Assembly (NCBI GenBank): GCA_043817155.1
Contig: JBDRHE010000087.1
Coordinates: 983-64,982, forward strand
Direction: 5' to 3'
DNA: 64,000 bases
DNA from: Candidatus Omnitrophota bacterium
Lineage (GTDB): Bacteria > Omnitrophota > Gorgyraeia > JABMRN01 > RBG-13-46-9
Shown one piece after another: positions 28,031-37,446 of this stretch. Under the pieces are notes generated by a model. It did not search any database and was not told where the DNA came from. It saw only the letters and a list, made by a program, of their open reading frames with translations. Both the position numbers and the translations under genes were made by a program. Each line of letters starts with the position of its first letter. The first letter of the stretch is position 1.

Positions 28031-28511
28031 ATGGCAAATATCTTTTCCGGTAGTGAGATAGTTGAACTCGGAGTCCAGATAGAGATAAACGGCAGGGACT
28101 TTTACAGGATCCTTGCGGAGAAATATAGGGATAAAAAGGTAAGGGAGATATTCAAGTTCCTGGAAGATGCCGAAGAGCATCATATTGGCGCGTTCCGGAA
28201 TATCCTGGAATCCGTAGAGAAATACGAACCTAAGGAGGCGTATCCCGAGGAGTATTTTGCGTACATGAATTCATTAGCCGGTGATCACGTCTTCACGCAG
28301 AAGGGGGAAAGGCGAGGAGATCGCAAAAGCCGTAAAGAGCCAGGAGCGCGCCCTGGATATCGGGATAAATTTCGAAAAGGATTCTATTGTATTCTACGAA
28401 GGCATGAAGAAGGTCGTTCCGCCGGAAGGCTTGTCCGTAATAGAGAAGCTCATAAAGGAGGAGGAGAAGCATCTAAAACAGCTAAACGATCTAAAAGGGA
28501 GGGCTAAATGA
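28031..28511 (+). pseudogene. Rubrerythrin/ferritin-like protein split by a +1 G frameshift (true pseudogene or sequencing error)
   Basis: ORFs 27989+ and 28281+ join into one E..H diiron protein if one G is removed from G5 at 28303-28307. Confidence 0.75.
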
Positions 28512-28744
28512 GTAAGAAGGTTATGGTGTATAGCACACCGACATGCCCCTATTGCATTAGGGCCAAACAGTTCCTAAAGGATAATAATGTACCGTTCTCC
28601 GATATAGATGTTGCGGCCGATCCGGATAAGGGCCAGGAGATGGTAAAGAAGTCCGGACAGATGGGCGTCCCCGTTTTCGATATAGAAGGCGAGATCATAG
28701 TGGGGTTCGATAAGGATAAGATTGGTAAAACGTTAGGGATCTAG
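28508..28744 (+). CDS. Glutaredoxin/NrdH-redoxin (YruB-like)
   Basis: YSTPTCPYC, SGQMGVP, IVGFD. Confidence 0.93.
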   Translation: MSKKVMVYSTPTCPYCIRAKQFLKDNNVPFSDIDVAADPDKGQEMVKKSGQMGVPVFDIEGEIIVGFDKDKIGKTLGI

Positions 28745-28747
28745 CGT

Positions 28748-29032
28748 TCACGCTACGATGGACGACGGACGTAGGACAATGGACGATTCGAAGATAGCGG
28801 AAATACGATTGAGATACATCGAAATGCAGTTGAAATGCAATTGAAATACATTGATGAGCGCAGACACACAACTCGTCTTTGCGAGGTGCCGTAAATAGTT
28901 GAGCGTACCGAAGCAATCTCTCCGAGCTAGTATGAGATTGCTTCGGCACACTCGAATTTTACGGTGCCTCGCAAAGACTAGGAAAGATGAGATTACTTCG
29001 ACACGTATTAAAAATGAAGGTGCCTCGCGATG
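28748..29032. repeat. Composite repeat (ACGATGG heptamers, GAAATAC tandems, family A arms)
   Basis: Matches 23568 and 29949. Confidence 0.85.
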
Positions 29033-29049
29033 GCGAAGAAGATAAAAAT

Positions 29050-29952
29050 ATGTACGATTTAATAATAATTGGAGCAGGGCCTGCGGGTATAACAGCAAGC
29101 GTATATGCTGCTCGCAAAAGAATGAATTTTATTGTGATCGCCGAATTTCTCGGAGGGCAGACCGCCCTTAGCGGCGACATAGAAAATTATACGGGTTACC
29201 AGTTTATTACAGGGCCTGAACTTGCTCAGAAGTTCGAAGAGCATATAAAGAAGTACGGGATCGGTGTAAGGGAGAATGAGCGGGTTATCGAAGTTACAAA
29301 AAGAGGGGATGAGGTAAGCGTTAAGACTGAAAAAGGCGAGTATATTTCCAGGACCGCGATAATCGCTTCCGGAACAAGATGGCGGGAGCTTGGCGTTCCG
29401 GGAGAAAAGGAATATAAGAATAGGGGTGTCACATACTGCGTTACATGCGATGGGCCTCTCTTCTCCGGAAAGAACGTCGCTGTTATAGGAGGCGGCAATT
29501 CCGGCCTTGAGGCGGCTCTTCAGCTTATAAAGATCGCTAAACACGTGTATCTTATCAATATCGCACCTGACCTTACGGGAGATGCGGTATTGCAGGAGAA
29601 GGTAATGGGAAGCGATAAGGCTTCGATCTTAAATTCGACAAGTGTAACCGAAATTACCGGAGATAAGATGGCCGGCGCCATAAAGATAAATAGCCGGGGT
29701 AAAGAACGATCCATCCCGGTAGAAGGCATCTTTGTTGAGATAGGGCTCATACCCAATTCCGAATTTGTTAAAGGGATCGAAAAGAACGAGCGTAACGAGA
29801 TTAAGGTCAATTCGAAGAATGAAACGGATGTGCCGGGGATATTCGCCGCCGGAGACGTGACCGATGCGCCTGAGAAGCAGATCATAGTCGCAGCCGGCGA
29901 AGGGTCGAAAGCGGCTCTCAGCGCATTTAGATACCTGGCGCATAGGAGATGA
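29050..29952 (+). CDS. trxB: Thioredoxin reductase (TrxB/AhpF C-terminal type)
   Basis: GAGPAG, YCVTCDG, GGGNSG, FAAGD. Confidence 0.9.
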   Translation: MYDLIIIGAGPAGITASVYAARKRMNFIVIAEFLGGQTALSGDIENYTGYQFITGPELAQKFEEHIKKYGIGVRENERVIEVTKRGDEVSVKTEKGEYISRTAIIASGTRWRELGVPGEKEYKNRGVTYCVTCDGPLFSGKNVAVIGGGNSGLEAALQLIKIAKHVYLINIAPDLTGDAVLQEKVMGSDKASILNSTSVTEITGDKMAGAIKINSRGKERSIPVEGIFVEIGLIPNSEFVKGIEKNERNEIKVNSKNETDVPGIFAAGDVTDAPEKQIIVAAGEGSKAALSAFRYLAHRR

Positions 29953-30231
29953 CACGCGAATTTAATAGTAAACTTACGATGGATGATGGAAGATGGACGA
30001 AGGACGATTCGAAGATAACGGAAATACGATTGAGATACATCGAAATGCAATTGAAATACATGGATGAGCCCATATACACAACTCGTCTTTGCGAGGCACC
30101 GAAATATTCGAGCGTGCCGAAGCCTGCCTGCCCGCCCGCCAGAATTTCTTACTGGCAGGCAGGCAATCTCAAGCTAGCCCGGAGAGACGCGTATAATCTT
30201 GTGTCTATGTGTCCCGAGAGTACTTGAAGCT
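29953..30231. repeat. Composite repeat between trxB and ogg
   Basis: Starts ATGACACG.GAATTTAATAGTAAACTTACGATGGA as at 47619; family A arm carries a CTGCCTGCC insert. Confidence 0.8.
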
Positions 30232-30864
30232 ATGAAAACGCTAATCTCAAAATATAAAGGCAAGAAAAGTGAGATCAAGAACAGATTGCAGGAGTTCAAG
30301 AAAGTAGGAACCGGGTGCGATGAGGACCTCTTCGCGGAACTCTGCTTCTGTCTCTTAACCCCTCAGTCGAAAGCAGTATCCTGCGACAGGGCAATAAAGG
30401 ATCTGAAGAAGAAGGGTCTCCTGGTTAAAGGCAGCCCGGAAAGAATAGCCAATTGCATAAAGGGCTATGCCCGTTTTCATAACAAGAAGAGCGAATACCT
30501 TGTAAATGCCAGGGAGATCTTTACAGCTGATCGTAAGATTAATCTGAAACGCAGGCTGGATGGAAAAGATGCGCTAAAAACGCGCGAATGGTTAATCGAG
30601 AATATCAAGGGATTGGGATATAAGGAGGCCAGTCATTTTTTGAGAAATATAGGTTTAGGTCAGGACATGGCCATACTCGATACCCATATACTGAAGAATC
30701 TTAAGAGGATGGGCGCGATCGATGAGATACCGCGCTCCATGAGTAAAAAGAACTATGTAGAGCTGGAAGAGAAGATGAGGCAGTTTGCAAGGAAAGTAGG
30801 TATCCCGCTCGAAGAACTTGACCTTCTCTTCTGGTCGAACGAGACAGGTTTCGTCTTTAAATGA
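30232..30864 (+). CDS. ogg: 8-oxoguanine DNA glycosylase/AP lyase (Ogg2 type)
   Basis: ELCFCLLT, RFHN, IKGLGYKEASHFLRNIG, ILDTH, LDL..W...TG.VFK. Confidence 0.92.
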   Translation: MKTLISKYKGKKSEIKNRLQEFKKVGTGCDEDLFAELCFCLLTPQSKAVSCDRAIKDLKKKGLLVKGSPERIANCIKGYARFHNKKSEYLVNAREIFTADRKINLKRRLDGKDALKTREWLIENIKGLGYKEASHFLRNIGLGQDMAILDTHILKNLKRMGAIDEIPRSMSKKNYVELEEKMRQFARKVGIPLEELDLLFWSNETGFVFK

Positions 30865-31125
30865 ACCTGTATTTAACATGGTTAGAATAGCCAGATTATC
30901 CACCAAGGCCAGCACAGGCTCAAGCGATCCGGGATGCTCAGCATAAAATATTATGCCAAGATTCTCTCCTCTTGCCTCTTTATAAGGTGATCGTCGGTTT
31001 TGTAGAAATTTACCGTTTGTTTGTTAAGATAAATTTCTGCAGGGCAAGCGGAAGAATTGTCCCACAGCCAGAAGCATCGTGATTGATGCGAAATCCAGCA
31101 GTCTAATTTAATTACACTTTTGTTC

Positions 31126-31174
31126 TTGACTTACATTGTGAAAAATGGTACAAAGTCTGTGAACACTATTACAA
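31126..31174 (+). promoter_or_regulatory. rex promoter with two tandem Rex-operator-like sites
   Basis: TTGACT; TTGTGAAAAATGGTACAA (31136-53) and CTGTGAACACTATTACAA (31157-74) vs consensus TTGTGAA-N4-TTCACAA. Confidence 0.7.
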
Positions 31175-31804
31175 ATGCCAAATAAGAAGATATCCGAGGC
31201 GACCATCTCACGGCTGTTTATGTTATTGCGGGAGATCACGAAACTCGTAAACATGAATATCAGAACGATATCATCGTCGGAACTTGGCGATAGGTTAAAT
31301 TTAAGCGATGCTCAAGTTCGCAAAGATCTCGGATATTTCGGGCAGTTCGGTATTAGCGGATCCGGCTACGATACCTGGGAGCTCAAATCGGCTTTAGAGA
31401 AGATACTTGGCAAGGATAAGAACTGGAACGTAGTGGTTGTCGGAGCGGGTGACCTTGGATCAGCACTTTTAGCATATCCGGGATTTAAAAAGCATGGTTT
31501 GGAGATAGTCGCGGCGTTTGATATCGATGTTCGCAAAATCGGTAAACGCATAAAAGATGTGATTGTACAATCCGTGAATGATATGCCGAAGGTGATCAAG
31601 GATACGAAGGCGTCAATCGGTATCGTAACCGTTCCCGCGAAGAACGCGCAGGAAGTGGCGGATATGCTGATAAAGTCAAAGATCGAATGCATTCTTAATT
31701 TTGCACCGGTGTCGCTAGCGGTACCCGAAGATACGAAGGTAAAGGACGTAGATCTTTCAAGAGAGCTGGAGACGCTCTCTTATTTTTTGGCCAACAAGAA
31801 GTAA
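31175..31804 (+). CDS. rex: Redox (NADH/NAD+)-sensing repressor Rex
   Basis: ISSSELG, QVRKDLGYFG.FG, VGAG.LG.AL..Y, ILNFAP. Confidence 0.96.
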   Translation: MPNKKISEATISRLFMLLREITKLVNMNIRTISSSELGDRLNLSDAQVRKDLGYFGQFGISGSGYDTWELKSALEKILGKDKNWNVVVVGAGDLGSALLAYPGFKKHGLEIVAAFDIDVRKIGKRIKDVIVQSVNDMPKVIKDTKASIGIVTVPAKNAQEVADMLIKSKIECILNFAPVSLAVPEDTKVKDVDLSRELETLSYFLANKK

Positions 31805-31805
31805 T

Positions 31806-32831
31806 ATGCAATTCATCTCCCAAGACAAGTTCTTCGAACTCTTGACCGCCTTGAAGAGTGACTATGAAGTTTACTTACCTGTGAAGAAGGGTGAGCAGCG
31901 CTTCTTCGTCAAATATGAGGCCCCGGCCGATGATATATTGTTTGGAGAAGTAAGGGCATTCGAGCCGCTTAAAGCATTCTTTACGAAATCCAGAGAGATC
32001 GTAGCGGAGGACTTCAAAGATAATATACCCGGGGAAAGTAGTAAGCCATTTGCTATAGTGGGAGTGAAGGCATGCGATTTAAAGGGATTCAAAATCCAGG
32101 ACCACGTCTTTAGGGACGGTGATCTTAAGGATCCTTTCTATATAAAGAACCGTGAAGAGAACCTGATAATAAGCGCGGATTGTACATGCGCAATCGATAC
32201 CTGTTTCTGCATGGCCCTTGGAATCAAACCTCACCCTACCGCCAACTTCGATATAAATATTTCCGAGGCCGAAAACGGTTTTGTCGTGGAGACCGGTTCA
32301 GAGAAAGGCAAAACCCTTGTCAGCAAATACGCATCCTTCTTTCAGGATGCTGACGGAAGCAGCATTACAAATAGAGATAAGGCCAGGTCCGAGGTCATAA
32401 AAGCGGTCGAGAAGAATATCGAAGAGCACAATATACCCTGTGAAGAGAAGTTTGTTGGTATTATAGAGAGGAATTACGAGTCGGGCATCTGGGAGGACGA
32501 AGCTAAGGCATGCGTAGAATGCGGAGCCTGCACAACAATCTGTCCGACGTGCCACTGTTTCTTCTTATACGATCAAAAGAACGAAGAGAAGATGGCGCGT
32601 CTTCGTATCTGGGATTCGTGCATGCTGAAGAGCTATGCGAGGGTTGCCGGAGGCGCTAACCCCAGACCGCAACTAGCTATGAGATTAAGGAATAGGTTTG
32701 AGAAGAAGTTCGATTTCTTCCCTAAAGTAGCAACGGTATATGCCTGCACAGGATGCGGCCGTTGCGTATCCGCATGTCCGGCAAAGATAGATATAAGAAA
32801 GGTTCTTGGAAAGCTTACGAAGAATGCATAA
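31806..32831 (+). CDS. Fe-S subunit, AsrA/sulfhydrogenase-beta (HydB)-like
   Basis: GVKACD, CVECGACTTICPTCHCF, WDSC, CTGCGRCVSACP. Confidence 0.88.
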   Translation: MQFISQDKFFELLTALKSDYEVYLPVKKGEQRFFVKYEAPADDILFGEVRAFEPLKAFFTKSREIVAEDFKDNIPGESSKPFAIVGVKACDLKGFKIQDHVFRDGDLKDPFYIKNREENLIISADCTCAIDTCFCMALGIKPHPTANFDINISEAENGFVVETGSEKGKTLVSKYASFFQDADGSSITNRDKARSEVIKAVEKNIEEHNIPCEEKFVGIIERNYESGIWEDEAKACVECGACTTICPTCHCFFLYDQKNEEKMARLRIWDSCMLKSYARVAGGANPRPQLAMRLRNRFEKKFDFFPKVATVYACTGCGRCVSACPAKIDIRKVLGKLTKNA

Positions 32832-33645
32832 TTCAAATCCATACAGGCCAATAAGGGCAGAGGTGCTCGACATCATAACGGAGACGCCTACCATCAAAAC
32901 GATAAAGTTTAAGCCTGATGAGGTAATAACATTTAGAACGGGACAGTTCGTTGAGATTACCATACCCGGCGTCGGCGAGGCGCCTTTTACGCCCTCCTCA
33001 AAGCCGTCGGTCAAAGAGACGCTGGAAGTGAGCGTCATGAGGGTTGGCAAAGTGACCGAGAAGGTGCATGAATTAAAGAAGGGCGACGTTATAGGTGTAC
33101 GCGGTCCTTTCGGAAATGGTTATCCGATGGATGAATTTAAGGGAAAAGAGGTTCTGGTTGTTGGAGGCGGGTGTGGCTTCGCGCCACTCAGGAGCCTGAT
33201 GTATTCTTTCTTCGATTTGACCGGCCAGTTTAAGAAGCTATACTTCAGAGGCGGTTGTAAGAACCCAAATGAATTTCTATACAGAAAAGAGATTGAAGAA
33301 TGGGGCAAGAGGAGTGACCTCAATTTAGAGCTTACGGTCGACAAGGGCGATCAAGGATGGAAAGGTAAAGTGGGTGTTGTACCCACGATCCTGGATGATG
33401 TAGAGATGGATTATAAGACCGGCATAGCGATTGTTTGCGGCCCTCCTATAATGATGAAATTTACGACACAGAAATTGCTGGATATGGGCTTTGGAGAGGA
33501 TAATCTGTACCTTTCGATGGAGAAGAATATGTCTTGCGGTATAGGTAAATGCGGCCATTGCAGAATAGGTACATATTACGCATGCAAAGATGGCCCGGTC
33601 TTTCCGTTCAGTAAGATAAAGGGATTCACCGAGATATGGGCTTAA
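32824..33645 (+). CDS. FAD/NAD(P)-binding subunit, AsrB/HydG-like
   Basis: GVGEAPF, RGPFGNG, GGG.G.APLRS, CGPP.MM, MSCGIGKCGHC..C.DGPVF. Confidence 0.9.
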   Translation: MHNSNPYRPIRAEVLDIITETPTIKTIKFKPDEVITFRTGQFVEITIPGVGEAPFTPSSKPSVKETLEVSVMRVGKVTEKVHELKKGDVIGVRGPFGNGYPMDEFKGKEVLVVGGGCGFAPLRSLMYSFFDLTGQFKKLYFRGGCKNPNEFLYRKEIEEWGKRSDLNLELTVDKGDQGWKGKVGVVPTILDDVEMDYKTGIAIVCGPPIMMKFTTQKLLDMGFGEDNLYLSMEKNMSCGIGKCGHCRIGTYYACKDGPVFPFSKIKGFTEIWA

Positions 33646-33667
33646 CGATGACCTAAAAAGGGCATAC

Positions 33668-33739
33668 ATGATTACGCGGATTTTGTGAACTATTTAGCGT
33701 TTTGATTACACGGATTATAGAAAGAGATTACACGGATGA
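33668..33739. repeat. GATTACAC(A/G)GAT family, ending in the start ATG of the next gene
   Basis: Three units between duplicated ATGA. Confidence 0.7.
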
Positions 33740-34293
33740 GCACGAGTGCAGAACAGATACATCACGGAGAGATCAATACCAAGCCTGGCAAAGGCAAGGA
33801 TAAGAGGCTGTTTATAGATCTCGATATTTGCGCTACCGGGAAATGCGAGAAGTGCGACATAGAATGCAGCTACTTCTATCATCCCGACAACATGGGCATT
33901 ATTTCGGTTGCGGAACTAGCTACATATGCGCTCGTCTGTCGTAGGTGTGAATCACCGCATTGTGTACTTTCTTGTCCGGTAGATGCTCTCGAGCAACAGA
34001 AAGATAAAGATAAGCTCTTAATGCGTCATAATATGCGGTGTGTAAGTTGCAAAACATGTTCACATGCCTGTCCATACGGTACGATCTATCCGGAGCTGGT
34101 ACCTCTTTTAATTCACAACTGTGATTTCTGTTTGGATAGGCGAAATCGGAAGAGTGAACCACTCTGCATAAAGACCTGTTCCCACGGGGCGCTTAGCTTG
34201 AGAGATGATAGTGAGAAACTCGGCGAGAAGATGTTCCGCGTTGGAGATAATATTGTAGTACATTCAACACATTGGCAGCAGGAGAAGGCGTGA
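33736..34293 (+). CDS. 4Fe-4S dicluster protein (HycB/CooF-like)
   Basis: CRRC...C...CP, CVSCKTCSHACP, CDFC..P.C...C. Confidence 0.85.
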   Translation: MSTSAEQIHHGEINTKPGKGKDKRLFIDLDICATGKCEKCDIECSYFYHPDNMGIISVAELATYALVCRRCESPHCVLSCPVDALEQQKDKDKLLMRHNMRCVSCKTCSHACPYGTIYPELVPLLIHNCDFCLDRRNRKSEPLCIKTCSHGALSLRDDSEKLGEKMFRVGDNIVVHSTHWQQEKA

Positions 34294-35213
34294 TTTACAT
34301 ATTCTACTTTATATTCTTCGGGTTCATATTAACGGCTTTCATGGGGCTTCTGGCCAGTTGGATAGACAGGAAGGTTACGGCGCGCGTTCAATACCGCGTA
34401 GGACCTCCGATTTTGCAGCCGCTTATCGATATCATAAAGCTTCTGGGGAAAGAGACACTGATCCCGGTAGGGGCTTCGAAGATTATGTTCTTAAGTATAC
34501 CTTTAATAGGCATGGCGAGCGTCATGCTGGTATCCACCATATTGTGGCTTAGCAATATAAATCAGGGCAATACCTTTGTAGGGGACCTTATTGTCGTGAT
34601 ATATCTTTTGACAATTCCGGCAATAAGTATTATCATGGGCGGGTTCGTATCCGGGAATCCATACGCCAGTTTGGGCGCATCCCGCGAGATGAAGCTTATC
34701 TTAGGTTATGAATTGCCATTTGTACTTGCGATATTCGTACCTATAATAAAGTCCGGATTTACAATCAAGCTTGGTGAGATCCTGGCGTTTCAGGCAGAAA
34801 ACGGCGTTATCATAGGAAGCTGGTCAGGAATCCTCGCGGTACTCGTCTCTATAATGTGTATGCAGGCAAAGCTCGGACTCGTTCCCTTTGACATAGCTGA
34901 AGCCGAAACCGAGATTACAAGCGGCCCGTTGATAGAATACTCCGGCGCCGGCCTTGCAGCCTATAAACTTATGAAGAACATGCTGCTCTTCGTGCTACCG
35001 TTCTTTTTGATGATCCTCTTTATGGGAGGCTTGCGGCTTGACGGTATACACCTTGTGTATGGTTTATTGAAATATGTCGGATTAGTTGCTATTGTAACGG
35101 TTATAAGGAACACGAATCCGCGCGTAAGGATCGATCAGGCGGTCAGATTCTTCTGGGGTCCGATGACTATTATTGCAATAATAGCGGTTGTATTAGCTTT
35201 TAGAGGCTTGTAA
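34290..35213 (+). CDS. mbhM: Hydrogenase membrane subunit, NuoH/MbhM-like
   Basis: DRKVTAR.Q.R.GPP, PFDIAEAETE...G...EYSG, PR.RIDQ. Confidence 0.88.
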   Translation: MIYIFYFIFFGFILTAFMGLLASWIDRKVTARVQYRVGPPILQPLIDIIKLLGKETLIPVGASKIMFLSIPLIGMASVMLVSTILWLSNINQGNTFVGDLIVVIYLLTIPAISIIMGGFVSGNPYASLGASREMKLILGYELPFVLAIFVPIIKSGFTIKLGEILAFQAENGVIIGSWSGILAVLVSIMCMQAKLGLVPFDIAEAETEITSGPLIEYSGAGLAAYKLMKNMLLFVLPFFLMILFMGGLRLDGIHLVYGLLKYVGLVAIVTVIRNTNPRVRIDQAVRFFWGPMTIIAIIAVVLAFRGL

Positions 35214-35639
35214 ATGGGTATTAAATTAAACGCGTTATTAAAGTCACCCTGGGTTTTTCATCTATCCACGGGAAGCTGCAATAATTGCGACATAGAGATA
35301 TTGGACTGTCTTACCCCAAGGTTTGATATTGAGCGGTTCGGAATGCTCTTAGTCGGCAGCATTAAGCACGCGGACGTGCTGCTTGTGACCGGATCCGCTA
35401 ACAGGCAATCGATGGAGAGGGTTAAACGGGTTTACGAACAGATGCCGAAGCCCTGCCTTGTGGTTGCAATAGGCGAGTGCTGCATGTCGAGAGGAATGTT
35501 TATTCATAGTTATAATTGTCCGGTACCTTTCGATAAGGTAATACCGGTAGATGTTTATATACCCGGATGTCCGCCAAAACCGGAAGCTATAATTGCAGGG
35601 GTAGTCAAGCTTATAGAGAAGGTAAAAGGCAAGAAATAG
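35214..35639 (+). CDS. mbhJ: Group 4 hydrogenase small subunit (NuoB/MbhJ-like)
   Basis: GSCNNCDIE, HADVLLVTG, PVDVYIPGCPP.PE. Confidence 0.9.
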   Translation: MGIKLNALLKSPWVFHLSTGSCNNCDIEILDCLTPRFDIERFGMLLVGSIKHADVLLVTGSANRQSMERVKRVYEQMPKPCLVVAIGECCMSRGMFIHSYNCPVPFDKVIPVDVYIPGCPPKPEAIIAGVVKLIEKVKGKK

Positions 35640-35646
35640 GTTGCTG

Positions 35647-36120
35647 ATGAAAAGAGAAGAGATCCTGAAAGACTTAAAAGAGAGATTCAAAGGCGATATA
35701 ATAGATGTCTTTGACAAGACTATAAAGAGGGTATATATCGAAATCTACCCGAAATCCATAAGAAGGGTTGCCACCTATGTCTTTAAGGATCTTGGCGCCA
35801 GATTCAATATTGCCTCAGGCGTAGATGTACGCGACCATATGGAGATTCTCTATCATTTTACAATCGAAGAGATAAATCTCCTGATATCCTTGAGGGTGAA
35901 GCTCGATAAGTCAAAGCTGGAGATAGACTCTATTGCTCCTATTTTTGAAGGAGCCAATTGGATAGAGAGGGAGATTCACGAAATGTTCGGAATAGACTTT
36001 AAGGGGCACCCGGATATGAGGAGACTCCTCCTACCCGACGGGTGGCCGGAAGGCGTATATCCTTTGCGGCGAGATTACAAGGAATGGGATAAGGGCGCGA
36101 TAAGGGATAGAGGGGTATAA
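35647..36120 (+). CDS. mbhK: NuoC/MbhK-like subunit
   Basis: ANWIEREIHEMFG..F.GHP...L.....W....YPLR. Confidence 0.88.
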   Translation: MKREEILKDLKERFKGDIIDVFDKTIKRVYIEIYPKSIRRVATYVFKDLGARFNIASGVDVRDHMEILYHFTIEEINLLISLRVKLDKSKLEIDSIAPIFEGANWIEREIHEMFGIDFKGHPDMRRLLLPDGWPEGVYPLRRDYKEWDKGAIRDRGV

Positions 36121-36123
36121 TAA

Positions 36124-36250
36124 AATGTTTCTTAAGGTTACTTGAGGTTTCTTGAGGTTGCACTTCGTTTGCAAAATCCCGAAACTTTAAGAAACATTCC
36201 GAAACCTGAAGAAGCCTCAAGTAACGTTAAGCAACCTAAGGAAAGAAACA
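36124..36250. repeat. Inverted 9-mer array (GTTTCTTAA / TTAAGAAAC-like)
   Basis: Related array at 43506-43613. Confidence 0.75.
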
Positions 36251-36260
36251 TATAAATAAT

Positions 36261-37442
36261 ATGGCGAAGACAATAGTTCCCATAGGTCCGTATCACCCGC
36301 TTCAGGAAGAACCGGAATTCTTTACGCTTACTGTTGAGGGTGAGAGGGTAGTAGATATAGATGTAAAGGTCGGATATAACCACAGAGGCATAGAGAAGCT
36401 GTCCGAGATGAAGACATTTGATCAGTCCACCTTTGTTATCGAGAGGATCTGCGGCATATGCTCTACGAGCCATCCCTTTGCCTATACAAGGGCGGTAGAG
36501 GACATTATTTCCGTTGAAGTACCGGAGAGAGCAAAGTTTATAAGGACTATCATCGCAGAAGGCGAAAGAATACATTCGCATCTTTTATGGGTCGGCCTTG
36601 CCGGCCATTTTCTGGGATACAACACCGTCTACATGTGGGCATGGAAGCTCCGGGAAGAGATACTGGACGTAATGGAGATACTATCCGGTAACCGCAATAA
36701 TTATGCTATGTTTAAACCCGGTGGCGTTAGAAGAGATATAAAGTCCGGGGATATACCGGGTGTCATAAAGAAGATAGATTCTATTATTCCGACATGCGTT
36801 ATGCTTAAGAAGGCCGTTATAGACGACCCTGTATTACACGCCCGGACCAAAGGTATAGGCATTCTAACCAAAGAGGAAGCTATAGATTATTGCGCCCTCG
36901 GTCCGACATCAAGGGCCTCCGGGGTAGAAAGGGATTTAAGGAAGGACTGTCCTTACGGAGCCTATGATAGAATGGAGTGGAATATGATCGTGACACAGAA
37001 CGGCGATGTATTCGATAAGGCGGTTGTGAGGATCCTGGAGACTTTTGAGTCTATCAAGATCATCAAGTATTGCCTCTTGAATCTGCCGGGTGGTGAAATC
37101 GATCTGAATATAAAGAGCATTCCTCCCGGAGAAGGCATAGGCCACATAGAGGCGCCGAGGGGCGAGACGTTCCATTATGTAAGAAGTGACGGGACAAACA
37201 GACCCGCGCGTCATAAGGTAAGGGCCCCGACATTTATGAATCTCCCGACATACAAAGCGACCGTTATAGGTGAGACAATATCGGACGCTACGATAATTCT
37301 GGCCGCCATAGATCCCTGCTATTGTTGCACAGAGAGAATAGCCGTGCGCAATACCGAGGGGAACAAGATATATAGCGGTGAGGAACTGGTGCGTCTTTCC
37401 CAAAAGAAGACCGAGGACTTGAGAAGGAAGAAGGTTTTTTAG
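36261..37442 (+). CDS. mbhL: Group 4 [NiFe] hydrogenase large subunit
   Basis: L1 ERICGICS, L2 DPCYCCTER followed by a C-terminal extension, EAPRGE. Confidence 0.93.
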   Translation: MAKTIVPIGPYHPLQEEPEFFTLTVEGERVVDIDVKVGYNHRGIEKLSEMKTFDQSTFVIERICGICSTSHPFAYTRAVEDIISVEVPERAKFIRTIIAEGERIHSHLLWVGLAGHFLGYNTVYMWAWKLREEILDVMEILSGNRNNYAMFKPGGVRRDIKSGDIPGVIKKIDSIIPTCVMLKKAVIDDPVLHARTKGIGILTKEEAIDYCALGPTSRASGVERDLRKDCPYGAYDRMEWNMIVTQNGDVFDKAVVRILETFESIKIIKYCLLNLPGGEIDLNIKSIPPGEGIGHIEAPRGETFHYVRSDGTNRPARHKVRAPTFMNLPTYKATVIGETISDATIILAAIDPCYCCTERIAVRNTEGNKIYSGEELVRLSQKKTEDLRRKKVF

Positions 37443-37446
37443 ATTT

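Noticed and set aside
28298-28312. Programmed -1 frameshift at GGGGGAAAG
   Set aside because: Joining the two halves needs a +1 shift, and the heptamer is not in the canonical frame.
29949-30227. 92-aa ORF as a real protein family
   Set aside because: It is a translation of composite repeat DNA; the same applies to 1042-1263, 26918-27163, 27069-27299 and 47457-47708.
30865-31120. Hidden gene or ncRNA between ogg and rex (also 17772-18012)
   Set aside because: I found no convincing ORF with SD and no recognisable RNA motif by eye; an Rfam scan would be needed.
31806-33645. Anaerobic sulfite reductase or group 3b sulfhydrogenase
   Set aside because: No siroheme AsrC and no group 3 large or small subunits; the only large subunit is group 4.
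1260-37442. Selenocysteine recoding (DUF3343 context, redoxin, hydrogenase)
   Set aside because: The relevant active sites use Cys codons and no in-frame TGA interrupts these genes.
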